Shown: one piece after another, positions 8,625 through 21,098 of the stretch
How the letters are laid out: the number at the start of each line of letters is the position of its first letter
Position numbering within the stretch: the stretch's first letter is position 1
Source: Microthyrium microscopicum
Lineage: Eukaryota
Assembly: GCA_010405405.1 (NCBI GenBank)
Contig: MU004236.1
Location: forward strand, 917,457-981,456
DNA length: 64,000 bases
Direction: 5' to 3'
The notes under the pieces: model-generated
The model's input: only the letters and a program-made list of their open reading frames with translations
Database searches by the model: none
Told to the model about the DNA's origin: nothing
Position numbers and translations under genes: made by a program

Positions 8625-11438
8625 CTAGCCACGAAGATCCTCTCCAGCATTCTTCAACCTCTCCCATCCCTCCGTATCCTCCCACGCACCCTTTCCCCGC
8701 CCCATAATCCCCCGGACCGCGCTCCTCGCCTTGAACTTCCAGTCTTTCATCACCAGCTCCCCGGATCCAGCACTCAGTCCCTCGGTTCGCTCGCGCGGCC
8801 CCAGTTCTCGGTACGCTTCTACAAGCGTTAGTGTAGCGTCAACGACGGCATTCCACTGCTCCTCTGTGCCAAATTCCCAGCCTGGCTGCACTGTGGTCGC
8901 GCGCCAAGCTTTCTCGCGCGCTTCCAATGCGCTGGTCAGCTTGTCGCGCCAGAGAGCTAGATGAGCTACCAGAGCCCAGAGATCGGCGGACGCGGTGATT
9001 AGAGGGGTGATGCTACGGTCAAAGAGAGTGCAAACGGAGCGTGAGAGGCCGGGTCGTGATGTATCGGCGGTGGCGTAGGGGACGCCGGTGAGATGGTCGA
9101 CTAGGAGACGGAGTATTTGAATATCGAGACACTTTTCACCGTCGGCGTTGCCGCGGAGGTCGATAATGCGTTGTTGGGCGCTGATGATGTCGGGGTAGGA
9201 TGGTGGGCGGAGAGTGGCGGAGACAGTGAGCATGTTGGACCAGATGCGGAAGTTTTCGCGTTTGAGTTTGGCAGCTTGTTTGAGGGCGTTGAGGGCGTCG
9301 CGGATGTGCCTTTGTGGGTCGATGTCGGTGGAAGTTGGGTTGGTGGTTTCGTCAGTATCCGTTGAGTCGTCAGTGGGTGGTGGGATGCTGTCGGTTTTGG
9401 GATGGTCGTTCGGATCGAGGTTGAGGAGAGCTACGGCTAGATTACTCCAAGATTCTGCGTCTTCGTTGTCGAGTTGGACAGCTCGTGTGAAGACTTCGAC
9501 GGCTTTGGAGAATTGATCAAGCTCTAGGAGGGCGCAACCCATTGCGAACCAGGTGGCATGGTCGACCTGTCGGACTTTGACGGCTTTGGAAAAGGCCAAG
9601 ACAGCTTTGGCGTATTCTCTGAGTCCGAACCAGTATCGTCCGAGAGATCGCTGTGCTCGATGATATCTGGACTTGGAGATGACCCATGCGCGTTCGTACA
9701 TGGCAGGATCTTTATCCAAATCCCCAAGAATGCAGTAAAGACGAGGTGCATCTAGTGGCAGAGGATCGCGCTCTTTGCCTTCCCATTTCTCAGTATCGTC
9801 GACGACAGAGTCATCGCCTCCAGTAGCAAGAAAGAGCTGCCGGCGAATGATCTGTCTCGCCTTGTCGTCACGCTCGATACCAGCCCAACAAAGAGCAACC
9901 TCTGGCCACATTTCCAACCGTTCATATATCTCCAATGCCGTCTTCAAACCGCCTAGATTGACCCATCGGGCAGCCAACTCTGCCTCCAATTCCCATCTTG
10001 TTGGTGACGCAAGTTGAAACACATATTGAAGACGTTCAGCCGGCGAAGCAGACTCCTCATCCGTCGTGGGCCGTGGTAAGAACGTTGTCACTGAAGGTTG
10101 TGTAGCGTCTGCTGATACGGTAGTTTCGGCAATGACTTGATCTACCAGCGCCTGTAGCTGAAGCAGACCACGCTCGACTGTGCGAGACTTATATCCCTCG
10201 ACGCGACTACGTAGAAGGAGCGCTTGCGTGTACACTTGCCAATTTGAGCTCCCGCCTTCGATGACACGAATCGCATACGGCGCGGTCTCCTCTCGTGTCA
10301 ACCCATCGTTTGGTGATGTGTTTGTGATGGAAGCTGCGGTTAGGAGTAGAATGATTGCATCAAGTGATTCGAGAGGTTGTTTCTCGGTGTCTCCTTCTTT
10401 CAGTGACTGGGCAAGGCCATCTTCTTCCTGGAATTCAGGGGATATCTTTTTGTCACTGAACGATATTGATTCCAGCAGGGTGTCATCGTTGAGATCAAGC
10501 GCTTTAGGTACTGCTTCTTTAGAATCCTTTTCATGAACTGGTTTGTCTCCCGCGCTTCGAGCCAGTACCACAAGCTGACTAGTCTCTCTTTGTTGGAACT
10601 TTGTTCTCTTTCCCAGTAATCCTGTCAAGGCGAATTCAAAATGGCGTTCCTTGACCGCTTCGACTAGAGTTTTTCTAGCTTCTTGATCTTGATCATGATA
10701 GATCTCGATTGCTGCTTTCTCCAGTAGGAATGCTGCTTTTATGTCCGTGTTGGAAGCGTTGGCAGTTGTCGATGACAAGTGCGACTGTACATTCTTGATA
10801 TCTTCAAACAATGCAGACTGTAATGATATTGCCTTCTCCGAAAGTAGCCTCTGGTGAATGAAGTTCGTTCGTAACCTTAACCAATTGGAAGAGGGAACAT
10901 GAGCAATAATAGAAGGAGATATCAGAATGACTTTGGCCAATCCAAAGAGTGCCAGATGAGGTGCAAGTCGATATGGAGCAGCTCCATCAACTACCAACGA
11001 TTCTGCTAGCTTCTTTTTGATTTCTTTTTGCTGGATGGGATCCGCTGCTGTTTTGGCCTCGAACAGAGTATTCTCAATAGAAAAATCCAGAGGAGGACCA
11101 GTGACGTTGCTCTGTATGAATGCGCCAAGGGCCGCAGCCGCAAGAAGAGTGAAAAAGTGTGTTTTACTTAATAATTCATCTCCGGAGTCAGTCTGAGCGT
11201 TGCTTCGTAATATCAACTCGAGTCGATGTGAAATAAAGTCTGGCCATGAGGCAAAGCTCTCCAATTGAAGCTCTTGTAGGAGTTCATCGTTCTCAAGACC
11301 AAGAAGTAACTTGGCTAGAGGCGCATTCAGAAGCTTCTCAAAGACGCACGTTTCTAGTGATTTGATATGTTCTGCCAACGAAGATGCAATTTCTTCAGGT
11401 AGCTTTCCACGAATGTACTCAACCACAACGTCTGTCAT
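8625..11438 (-). CDS. EMW1: TPR protein TTC27/Emw1 homolog
   Basis: Long intronless ORF with FIQSNVTGP, LTGLLGKRTKFQ, LNDDTLLE, SSNWQVYTQALLLRS, RTVERGLLQLQALV and TPR repeats. ATG at 11438. Confidence 0.85.
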   Translation of the reverse strand: MTDVVVEYIRGKLPEEIASSLAEHIKSLETCVFEKLLNAPLAKLLLGLENDELLQELQLESFASWPDFISHRLELILRSNAQTDSGDELLSKTHFFTLLAAAALGAFIQSNVTGPPLDFSIENTLFEAKTAADPIQQKEIKKKLAESLVVDGAAPYRLAPHLALFGLAKVILISPSIIAHVPSSNWLRLRTNFIHQRLLSEKAISLQSALFEDIKNVQSHLSSTTANASNTDIKAAFLLEKAAIEIYHDQDQEARKTLVEAVKERHFEFALTGLLGKRTKFQQRETSQLVVLARSAGDKPVHEKDSKEAVPKALDLNDDTLLESISFSDKKISPEFQEEDGLAQSLKEGDTEKQPLESLDAIILLLTAASITNTSPNDGLTREETAPYAIRVIEGGSSNWQVYTQALLLRSRVEGYKSRTVERGLLQLQALVDQVIAETTVSADATQPSVTTFLPRPTTDEESASPAERLQYVFQLASPTRWELEAELAARWVNLGGLKTALEIYERLEMWPEVALCWAGIERDDKARQIIRRQLFLATGGDDSVVDDTEKWEGKERDPLPLDAPRLYCILGDLDKDPAMYERAWVISKSRYHRAQRSLGRYWFGLREYAKAVLAFSKAVKVRQVDHATWFAMGCALLELDQFSKAVEVFTRAVQLDNEDAESWSNLAVALLNLDPNDHPKTDSIPPPTDDSTDTDETTNPTSTDIDPQRHIRDALNALKQAAKLKRENFRIWSNMLTVSATLRPPSYPDIISAQQRIIDLRGNADGEKCLDIQILRLLVDHLTGVPYATADTSRPGLSRSVCTLFDRSITPLITASADLWALVAHLALWRDKLTSALEAREKAWRATTVQPGWEFGTEEQWNAVVDATLTLVEAYRELGPRERTEGLSAGSGELVMKDWKFKARSAVRGIMGRGKGAWEDTEGWERLKNAGEDLRG

Positions 11439-11871
11439 GTTGACTGTAGCCAAGCAGGTGGCGGAAAGGGTATGGCTAGTAGCTTCGAATTTGCGGTCGC
11501 TTTGAATTATGCAGGTGAGGAACGAACGCGCGCTGTGTGCGAGACGAAAGCTAATTTTTCCTCATCTCAGACTCTCAGTAAGTTTTTTGACGTTAATAAT
11601 TTGTTGGAAGAAATTCGAAGCTTCTAGCTCCCGGGCTGCGTATATTGCCCCGCGATCAATACAGCGAGCCCCTACAAGTCGTTACAGAGGACCGGTAACC
11701 AATTTAGGAATTATACTCAGCCTTGTTCAACCAACTTGGCATATGCGAATACCAGTCATCTGTCTTGGTCGAAGTCGCATACGTAGGAGTATAAGAGCTT
11801 CATGGTCTCAAAACTTTGATAGATACAAACATCAAATCGTATCAAATAAATGATATTTCGACGGCCTCCCC

Positions 11872-12642
11872 ATGGAAGCTCAAAAGAAAGTACCATTTCG
11901 CCAAATACGCGCCGTCTTCGACGAAGACACTATTACAGTCTATCAAGCATATAACTCCCAGATTGCAGATGCAGCTGTAGCCGCACAAAGACTGGATGCA
12001 TCACCGCTTTATAGACTAAGCAGGATGACATGGATCAAACCCAGTTGGACTTGGGTGAACTATCGTTCTGGCTATTCCTATAAGGTAGCATCATCTGAAT
12101 ATCAGCTAAGTAGTCGTATATTAATGACATTCAGGATGCAAATCAAGAGCGAATCTTAGCTCTCAAAATAACCCACGAAGGATTTCTACAAATCTTGCGT
12201 AGTGCTCATCTGAGCCATGGGCCGCCAGGGTATCAAATTGGAGGTAAACAGGGTGCTAGAGTTGTAGTACAATGGGATGTAAGTGACTAGATGGCGATGA
12301 TCACGATCCTCTGATACTAACAGCAATGGCTAGCCAGAAAGGTCTCCACGTTTAGTAAAGCTAGACTTTCGAAGTATTCAAATTGGGATACCAGGAGTTA
12401 TGGTAGGGCAATGGATCAGCGACTGGATTGTTGGGATCGAGGATGTCACAGCTAAGGCACGAGAGTTGAAGCGTGTTTTGGATGAAGACAGGAACATGGC
12501 GACGCCTGAGCTTGTGGAACGAGGGTTGATGCCAGTAGAACGGGAGTATGTTGTGCCAGATGACTTGCAGGACTCGCTGCAGATGCGAGTGAGGATTGAA
12601 GAAAAAGAAGAGGTTAACATAGTTGATAAGGAGAGTACCTAA
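11872..12642 (+). CDS. DUF4291 family protein (3 exons)
   Basis: RQIRA.FD..TITVYQAY, MTWIKPS, YRSGY, ERILA, VVQWD/PER, SIQIGI motifs. Introns ~12085-12134 and ~12279-12333. Confidence 0.8.
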
Positions 12643-13276
12643 GAGGTAGCATTTGATACTACACGGGTAGTAGGATAATGAAGGGTTTGCAGGGTATAGC
12701 TTTTAAGGGTATAGACCACTGGAAGTGATGGTGATAACCCCGAAAGCTCATCATTGTCCCCAGTGGAGATGAGATGGCAAACAAGAAATGCTGGTCAGAA
12801 AGGTTAGAGTAATGTATGAAGTGCAGGAAATATGCGAGTGCTCAACTTGTTAGCGATGTGGACTGATGCGGTTGGCTTGTCAAGGCCTGTCTCGTGCTGC
12901 CCTTGCCTCTTTGGGATGCCTTTTTCAACGGGCCTGCCTGGTGGCCCTGGTCTGCATTCAACCTCCTCCTATCCAAACTTCTCCACCACCAAAGCAAGAA
13001 TCCACAAACCAAACCAACCAGCTGTGCGGCAAGTAATCCTGCAATCCGCATCCAACCGCATCAAAATCGACCTCTTCTGTTCCTCTGCGGGCCCGCTGTA
13101 ATCCGCTGTTCCACCATACCCCTACCCCGGACTCTACCAACCAGCCATCTGCTACCTACTTCTATACGCAACTCTACCGCTCTAGGTCTGCATCAGTGCA
13201 TGTACCATCCTGCAGTCTTTTCTGCAACGCCATGAAGCTGCTGCCGCCTCGTTAAGCGCGCTCGCTCACCTACTCA

Positions 13277-15492
13277 ATGATGGCCTCAACCACTCCTGTT
13301 CCTTCTCACTCTGCTACCAGCTCCCCGCTTGGCTCCTTGAGCTCCTCCAACAACACTTTCACTATGCCCCCTAGTCCCTCGAGACTTCGCAAGTCCTCCT
13401 CCGCTCCATACAAACCCCATATCATCACTACCGTTGGTGCCAGACCTGCTTGTCTCGTCAACGCATCCGTCACATATGTCGGGGACGACCAGATATATGC
13501 CTTTGGTGGCTTCGATCAATATACTGACGAAGTCTATAACCACGTCCTGCGTCTCAATCTGAAAACCAAGCAATGGAATCTAGTCGACAATTACGGCGAT
13601 ATTCCGGGCGTGCGAATGGGTAAGTTTGCTTCATACACTTCCTTGTCTTGCACTAAAACACTATAGGGCATACTGCAAGCCTCTGGGAAGGACACAAACT
13701 TCTAGTCTACGGCGGTGAAAACGAACATCGAGCATATCTTTCCGACGTCATCATATTCGATCTTCGAAGTGCAACATGGACTCAACCCGAAATAGGTGGT
13801 GTCCCTCCACGTGGCCGAGCCCGTCACTCTGCCGTTATACACGATGAGAAGTTATGGATATCAGGCGGTATGACTGGACACGCTAGTGATGTTCTGGACG
13901 ACGTTTGTTATCTTGACTTGAAAACCTGGACTTGGTCAAGAATCTGGAAGTTTGTCCCTCGGCTGGATCACACTCTCTGGGTTTGGAGCGGTAGAATATG
14001 GGCGTTCGGAGGAATGAATGAGGATATGGAGCACTCTAGTGAGCTCTGGTGGATCGATTTCCGAGGATCACCAGGATTTGGACAACGAAGCGTCGATAGT
14101 AGAGACCGCTTAACCCCATCCTGGAAAGCTTCAGGCCAGTCGCAGTCCATTCAGGTCTATAATCCGAACGCGCAATCCCATACTGCCAACTCGGGCAGTG
14201 CTCAAACAATGCTATCAGCAGCTCAGGTCCAGAATACACGGCCTTCTCCGGGAACTGTGTCTATGCTCAAATTTGTGTCTACTCCCCATCTTACGGCGCA
14301 ATCTGTAGGCCATCATTTTCATGTATATTCTTCTGGCTATCTTCTTGACTTTGCAACACCAGCTAGTGTATTATCTACGGCGGAAACGAGCCTTTGTGCT
14401 CTGGACCTGGAGACTCTACGATGGTTTCGCCTAGCCGATGGCAAAGACTTGTTCAACCCAACATATCGCTGGCATTATTGTGCCATGAACGAAGACGGAA
14501 CGCAGACTTGGTTATTGGGATGCCCACCAGAATCAGCCATTACACGTGATAACATCACGGAAGAACTACTTAGCGATGTTCTCCACATTGACCTCGTTAA
14601 ACTAGGAGTTATTGGCAACAAGCTGCATTCCGAGGTCACTCGATCATCCGGACAAGGCCCAACATCAGATACCATTCCACGATCACCACTCTCGGCAATT
14701 GGAGCAGATCTAGCTCGAATGTTCGACCAACCGCCAGAAACCGGCAGTGGCACAGATTTTATTGTCACAGGCATCAATGACGACGAAATTATAGATCACA
14801 GCATGATGGACAAACAGCATCACACCACCAAATCACTCCACGTTCACAAACTCATCCTCCAAGCCCGCTGGCCACACTTTGCCCGCCTCTACCACTCCCA
14901 AATGCTCGAATTCCATACCAAAAAACTCGCGCTCCCTGAACCTTACTCTACCGTCCGCGCCTTCCTCTACTACCTCTACACCGACTCCATAGCCCGCGTG
15001 GACGCCGCTGACAATACCAAAGAGGACCCTTCCCTCGGCAATGTTGCTGGCATGCTGGTCATGGCAAACATGTACGACATGCCCCGCCTGCGTGGTCTCT
15101 GCGTCGACCGTCTGGGTAAGGAGCTAGATGTTGAACATGCAGCAGCCATCTGGGAGCGCGCCTCAACTGCAGGTGAAGATTGGCTGCGTCGCCGAGCTGC
15201 GCGCTACTGCATGACGCATTGGGGACGTGTTGTGCGCACCGAGGCCTTCCGCAGCCTGCCTCAGCCTAGTATCGTAGAGCTGTGCGAAGAAATTGACGAA
15301 GAAGGCCGTGTATTGGGCGGCGCAGAACTCGAAGTTGTCGGTGGACTTTCAGGCTCACGACTGGGCGGTGGAAGCGCTGGTCCAGTGTCACTGGGTGCTT
15401 CACGACGTCGCGGTACGGGCAGCGTTATGGTGGCTGGTACGGATAGTGATGAGATTGACGAGGATGTGGAGGTTGAGATGGATGTCAGCTGA
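13277..15492 (+). CDS. Kelch-repeat + BTB/POZ protein (Ral2/LZTR1-like)
   Basis: Kelch repeats (IYAFGG, LVYGG, LWISGG, IWAFGG) and BTB (LHVHKLILQARWPHF, FLYYLYTD). Intron ~13620-13666. Confidence 0.85.
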
Positions 15493-16754
15493 GCGAATTA
15501 TATGCATACATACATAGATAACATGGGTCGGCGTGCTTCTGGTACAAAATATATCGGTATATGGGTTGCACTGCGTGAGGCAGTGTGGTGGGTCGGGACA
15601 TTTGTGGCTTTTTCTTTGCTCAGGCGCTGGTGATGGTATATTTCTGAAAGATAAAAGTATGATGTTATGTAGTAGTGTATTATGAGCAATGAATTTATGA
15701 ATACTTAGCGGGTGTTTGGCCCTTTTCTCCATACTGGCATTTGCTGGACGTAGTACTTCAAGAGCAAGGAAAACTGAGACAGGTGCGATTCGAGAATGAA
15801 GACAGGGGCACCTGTGTTGGCCAATTCCTTTTCAACTCGAATCACTGCAAGATGCAAAATCAACTTCATCGCAGGCTGCGCCACACCTCGTCTGCAGGAG
15901 AGAAGTCTGATGAACTCGAAAATGTTTTCGCAGATGTCTCATCCATTGGTGGCATGGTATGAGCGAGGAGATATTCATGCGCTCAAGGAACAGCACCGAC
16001 ACGGTAGACTGGGAGGCCACTGCCGACGAAGTTTTTTCTCCAAGTTTCGCAAACGTCATGAGGTAAAGTCTGCTCGAAGCTCCACAAACATTTTACACCA
16101 GGCTGAGGCTTGTGAAAGAAATCTCTCCACCAAGATACGGACACAACTCCGAGAAACCGCTCTCTCAACGCTTCCTGAGCCACTCGTGCAACGACACGAT
16201 AACATCTAGTACGCCACTAAGCTAGCCACAGCTGCGGCGTGGTCAAGAAAAAAGCAATCAATCAATATCAGAGAGCAGCTGGGCATCTGGCAACCAGTCA
16301 AAATCATTGCTTGGCGAGGTTTTGCAGTAAATGAAACAAGGGGGAGGCCGTTACGTCTTTTGCCGACGCTTTGAGTGAGGCGTTGGAGGCTGTGCTGATT
16401 TGGTTTACGATCAGGCTGAGAATTATTCATTGTTGGTGGTAAGAAGGGTCATGAACTCGGTGAAGGAGTGCAAGTATAAAAGTATCGGTGCTTGCCAAGG
16501 AAACGTCTGCTTTCTTTCGATTTATTTCAGTATCGAATTTTGAAGAATACCTTATAGTCGCTTAAACGTTCGCTGAATCGATCGATTGTTGTGCTGTCCT
16601 GTTAAGTCTGTTGGTAAGTCACCGGCCTCATTGCGGAAAATTGCTCCACACCACTGGATGAGCTAACATATACTATAGCATACTTTAAACAGCAGATAGT
16701 GTATCTACTGGACTCTACTCTGATTGCCTGACCTTATCGTACTTGACACTCGGC

Positions 16755-18426
16755 ATGGTTGCAACAATCAAAAATCCGCAGAAAGGCAAAAGACATCAGG
16801 TGGTTGGATTTGTTGCAGCATGTGTTCCGAGTCTCAAAGTTGACACTGACGGTGCTCTTGGAGTCGAACTAAAAGTGTTTGACTATCTGGCTACAAAAGT
16901 GCAGAAATGGATAGCGAACAAGAAAGAGGATGAGGAGCTTGAAAAGATGGTCAAGGGCCTGGTGGTCCAAAATGGAGGCAAGAAGAAAAAAGAGACCAAA
17001 GTTGCTGGAAAAGTTCAGGATAAGCCGAAAGGGGACGACAAAAAGGAGGTTCCCCAACCCGCGACTGACAAGCAGAGCCCAAAGTCACTCAGTGGTAACG
17101 GTGGGGTTCCGGATTTGATAGTCACAAAGAAAGAGGATCCTAAGTCTGATAATGTACAGAAGAAGGAAGGTAAGAATGCTATATCAAATGGCGAGAAGAA
17201 AGGTAAGATGGGCCCAGTCTTGTCGCACAATACTTGCATGTTCGCTGTCGCTGACAACAATAGGGGAAGACAAGAAGGAAATTACAAAGCCAGCCGATGA
17301 AGGTAAACCTAAGACTGAAAATGAAGAAGACAAACACAGTCGAGCGACCCATGATAAGCAACTTGATGCATCCCTTGATGACACAGTTCAAGCCTTCAAG
17401 CCGGATACTACCTGGGATATGGTTGCTGGACTGGAGAATGCGAAATTGCAGCTACAGCTTGCTGCCGAATTGCCCGAGAAGCAACCTGCTCTTTTCCAAG
17501 GTCGTCGTAAAGCCGCTCAATTCGTTCTGCTATATGGCCCTCCCGGTACAGGAAAAGGGCATCTCGCAAAAGCATTGTGCAATGGCGTCGATTCGACATT
17601 TTTCATGGTCAGTGCCAGCGATATGACCTCCAAATGGCTGGGTGATAGCGAGAGGTGAGTAGTGCAAAGACTTTTGCTCTATGAAAAGGGTGTATCTGAC
17701 AAAAAGTAGACTTGTTCGGTTACTGTTCAAGCGTGCCCGAAAGAACACGCCGTCTATCATCTTCTTCGACGAAATTGATGCTCTTTGTGGTAGTCGTGAA
17801 GCCGAAGCAGATGCATTATTGGCCCAGATGAAGACCGAATTTCTAGTACAGATGGACGGCATGAATAATGACAACTCTGGAGTCACAGTCATTGCAGCAA
17901 CCAATCTTCCGTGGAAGCTTGACCCGGCCTTCATTCGAAGATTTCAAAAGAGAATCGAAATCAATCTACCAGACGAAAGCTCACGCGAAAAGGTCTTTCA
18001 AATCGAAATTGGAGAGACGCAATGCAATCTCACAGCAGAGGACTATAAAGAGTTGGGTCGAAAATCTGCTGGATTCTCTGGCAGTGATATCAAGTCAACT
18101 GTACAACATGCACTGAATTGCCCTCTTGCCAAAATTATACATGCAACTCATTTCTTTATCGTAAGCTACGAGCCTGCATTTCTTCATTTGACTTGATACT
18201 GATTTCGCTCTAGGATGATGACGGCCACTATATCCCCTGCGATTCAACACATGAAGGGGCATTGATGATGAGCTGGCGGGAGGTACCTCGTAACATGATC
18301 AAGGACGTTGGTATGGGGCGTGACGATATATTCGAATCACTTCGGCAATCCAGATCGTCTGTCAATCCGAAAGACCTGGAAAAATATTCAGAATGGACCG
18401 AGATGCATGGTACCAGTGGAGCGTAA
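16755..18426 (+). CDS. Vps4-like meiotic-clade AAA+ ATPase lacking a recognisable MIT domain
   Basis: Introns 17203-17263, 17655-17709, 18161-18213. WDMVAGLENAK, GPPGTGKG, SKWLGDSERLV, IIFFDEID, AATNLPW..D..F.RRF, and Vps4_C-like tail PC....GA..MSW...DLEKYSEWTEMHG. Confidence 0.8.
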
Positions 18427-18900
18427 TACAACTGAACAGACAGTCAGCCAGACATGTAGGCCTTTTGTTAGATACACGAAGCTGCCATCTACAATGATAT
18501 AATATTCTATCCACTTGAACGATAACAAGTATATGAACGCAGTAGAATATACTTGATGCGATGGGTATTCGGGCCATATGTGATCAACTTAGGTATAGAA
18601 ATATCAGGACATACATTGTGCATAATTGAGTAGCTTCCATAGAATGTTGCTGCAGTCTACTGGAAGCAGAATGTTTCATCCGTTAAACTACACTGGTGGC
18701 ACCTTCACATACCTGAAGTTCAAGCAGAGGATTTGGCTGTTTTTGAGCACGAATTGTCCGGCAAGGTTATAAGCTTTTCAAGTATAAGTCCTAAAGTCAA
18801 CTTTGAGATGGAATCTAATCAATATCGGCATACGTATATTTTGCCATAAACAGAACGATAGTAGTTCGAACAAAATATGACGCGATGTAAGGAAGAGTCT

Positions 18901-21098
18901 TTAGCCGAAGAAACTTCTGTCAACTTTTCCACTGACCTGAGGCGATATACTTCCTAAACGTATATGCTGTTGAGTCCTTCGTGCTTGACTTGCTCTTCTC
19001 GAAGAGTTTTCGACAAATGCCTTGACAATTCCGAAGATCCCCTTGTGTCTCTCTTGCAAGCATTTCATCCTCTCACCCACAGGTTGACCTTCCACGACCT
19101 TGTACGTACATTTGCATCTGGAACCGCTGAACTTTCTTTTCATCTTTGGGCCTACTTTGTTTTTTGTTTCGGCGAATGTAATCCTCACACTGCGGAGATT
19201 GATCAGGTCCTCCAGTTCTCTAGCTGGATAGTCCTTTCTCTTCATCATGCCTAGAAGTTTAATGTCCCAGTCGTCCAGCTCTTGCACCTTGTACATCTGT
19301 GCCAATAGATAATTGCGTGGAGGACGTTTTATCGTGACATGAGGACAATCGTCTCCCTTCTTGGTCTTGCAGGCGCACTTGTCGTCTAGCTCTGTCCACT
19401 CATCCACTTCAACCGTTATGAAGGAATATCCATCACTTTTTGAACCACCAGGCAGGAGGAAGACAATCATTGGGCGCCGTGGCTCTTTATGAACCTGTCC
19501 TCGGGCTCGGGTGCCGACACCCTCTTTTGTGAATTGTTGTCTCATTGCCTCTTTAGCCAACAAAGGTGGAGATATTCCATTGTTCAATGCACTGTAACTC
19601 TCAGGCGCTACTCTCTCAGTGACTGGTTCCAAGGAAAGCTTTTGTACTGCGAGTACAGAGCCTGTAGACGAGGGAGGTTCTAAGTCCTTGGAATCAGTGC
19701 GAGTCATTATAGGCGACACGGAAAGGCTGGTAGCGGATGTTGCTGTTGACGACCCCATCGTTTCATAACCGGAATCATCTGAATTACTTCGCTGGTTGGG
19801 TGATATTGAATTCTGAGATATTCGCCTTGTCCAAGTGGTAGAATTTGTATGGGTATCAGCGATAACAAGGCCTCCCTCTCCGATATCTAGCCTTCTTGGG
19901 ATCCAAAATTGCACGATTGCTGGTCTCTCAATCGTCTTCTCGCGGCTAGAGAAATAAAAAGTGACATCGATAGGCCCTTCAGAGTATGCGTCATAAACCT
20001 CGTATCCAGTAGCAGCTTGTTGAAGTTGCAGAAGATCTTTCAGATTAGAAAAAGATATGTCCACTGGTGCTGATCCGTCAGCAATTCGAAGGCAGTGATT
20101 GGGTGTACCCCTGAGATTCGCATATAAAGGGGTCATTCGGGTTGCTTGTGAATTCAGGTCTATTGATCGGTACTCAACAGAGTCTGATTCTCCTGATCTT
20201 CGTTTTCTTGTGGCTATTTCCAGACGTACTGTACCATCTGATTTAGAAAGGAGTCGCATCGTCTTATTCTCCTCGTCTTGAACTACATTGTCCATGGAGT
20301 CAGCTTCGATTGGGCATGCCGCTTCCTCGTTATCGATCGAAGCATCTTTACCTTTCTGAAGAACTAGCGACGGCCTGAAATCAACGACAAGCTTCTGCTC
20401 CACTCCCACGTCTTCAGTCGTCGAGTTTTCGCGTTGTCTAGAGTCTTCCTCTGGAACTGAACCAGAATTATGGCGAACCGTGCTCCAGATATCGAACAGA
20501 ACACCGGCCTCCAAAGGCTTGAGCACACGAGATAATCTTGAGTTCTGTGACTCAATACGCCGAGTCAAATCATCAAACTTACGCACCACTACCAGATTGA
20601 ACTTGATCTGCGCCAATGGGCCCGACCTCGAAGGGTACGATATGGTTTGTTGAAGCAGACGACGACATTCTTCCAAGATCTTTTCGTGTTCGCCAAGGGT
20701 GTTGACAAAGTATTCTTCATCGAACAAAGCAGACCAAGGTTTTGACGATACTTGATCCTCATCCGGATAACATGCCTGCTGCTTGTGGGCAAACATGACA
20801 GCCTTTTCAAGTTGCCGAGCATTATATTTCCACTCCTTGACAGATTCTCGGAAGGATTCGTATGCCGGAACTAAACCGTGAGATGATTAGTCACTGTATT
20901 TATATCAAAGTCCAAGTACAGAATTCAAAATTGAAAGGCAACCGTTGACTGTAACAGAGGGCCAGGGTTGCGAATAACATGACCAAAATGGCATCTAAAC
21001 GTACAGATTCTGGTTTTCTGGGAGAAGCCAAGCTCGTAGACTTTCTCCCCGAGTTGATATAACGCAACGATGTCCCCGATGTATGTGTTTAGAGACAT
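18901..21098 (-). CDS. Uncharacterised ~687-aa protein: N-terminal HeLo-like/SesA-type helical domain, Ser-rich middle, Cys/His-rich C-terminus
   Basis: Exon 21098-21005 (MSLNTYIGDIVALYQLGEKVYELGFS) spliced via intron 20871-21004 in frame onto the 631-aa ORF. Domain resemblance is from memory only. Confidence 0.65.

Noticed and set aside
15741..16430. Short ORFs between the kelch gene and the AAA ATPase
   Set aside because: No recognisable motifs or convincing splice structure
20871..21004. Possible micro-exon or nested intron within the 134-nt intron
   Set aside because: Including the 29-nt candidate micro-exon breaks the frame, while the single intron keeps it
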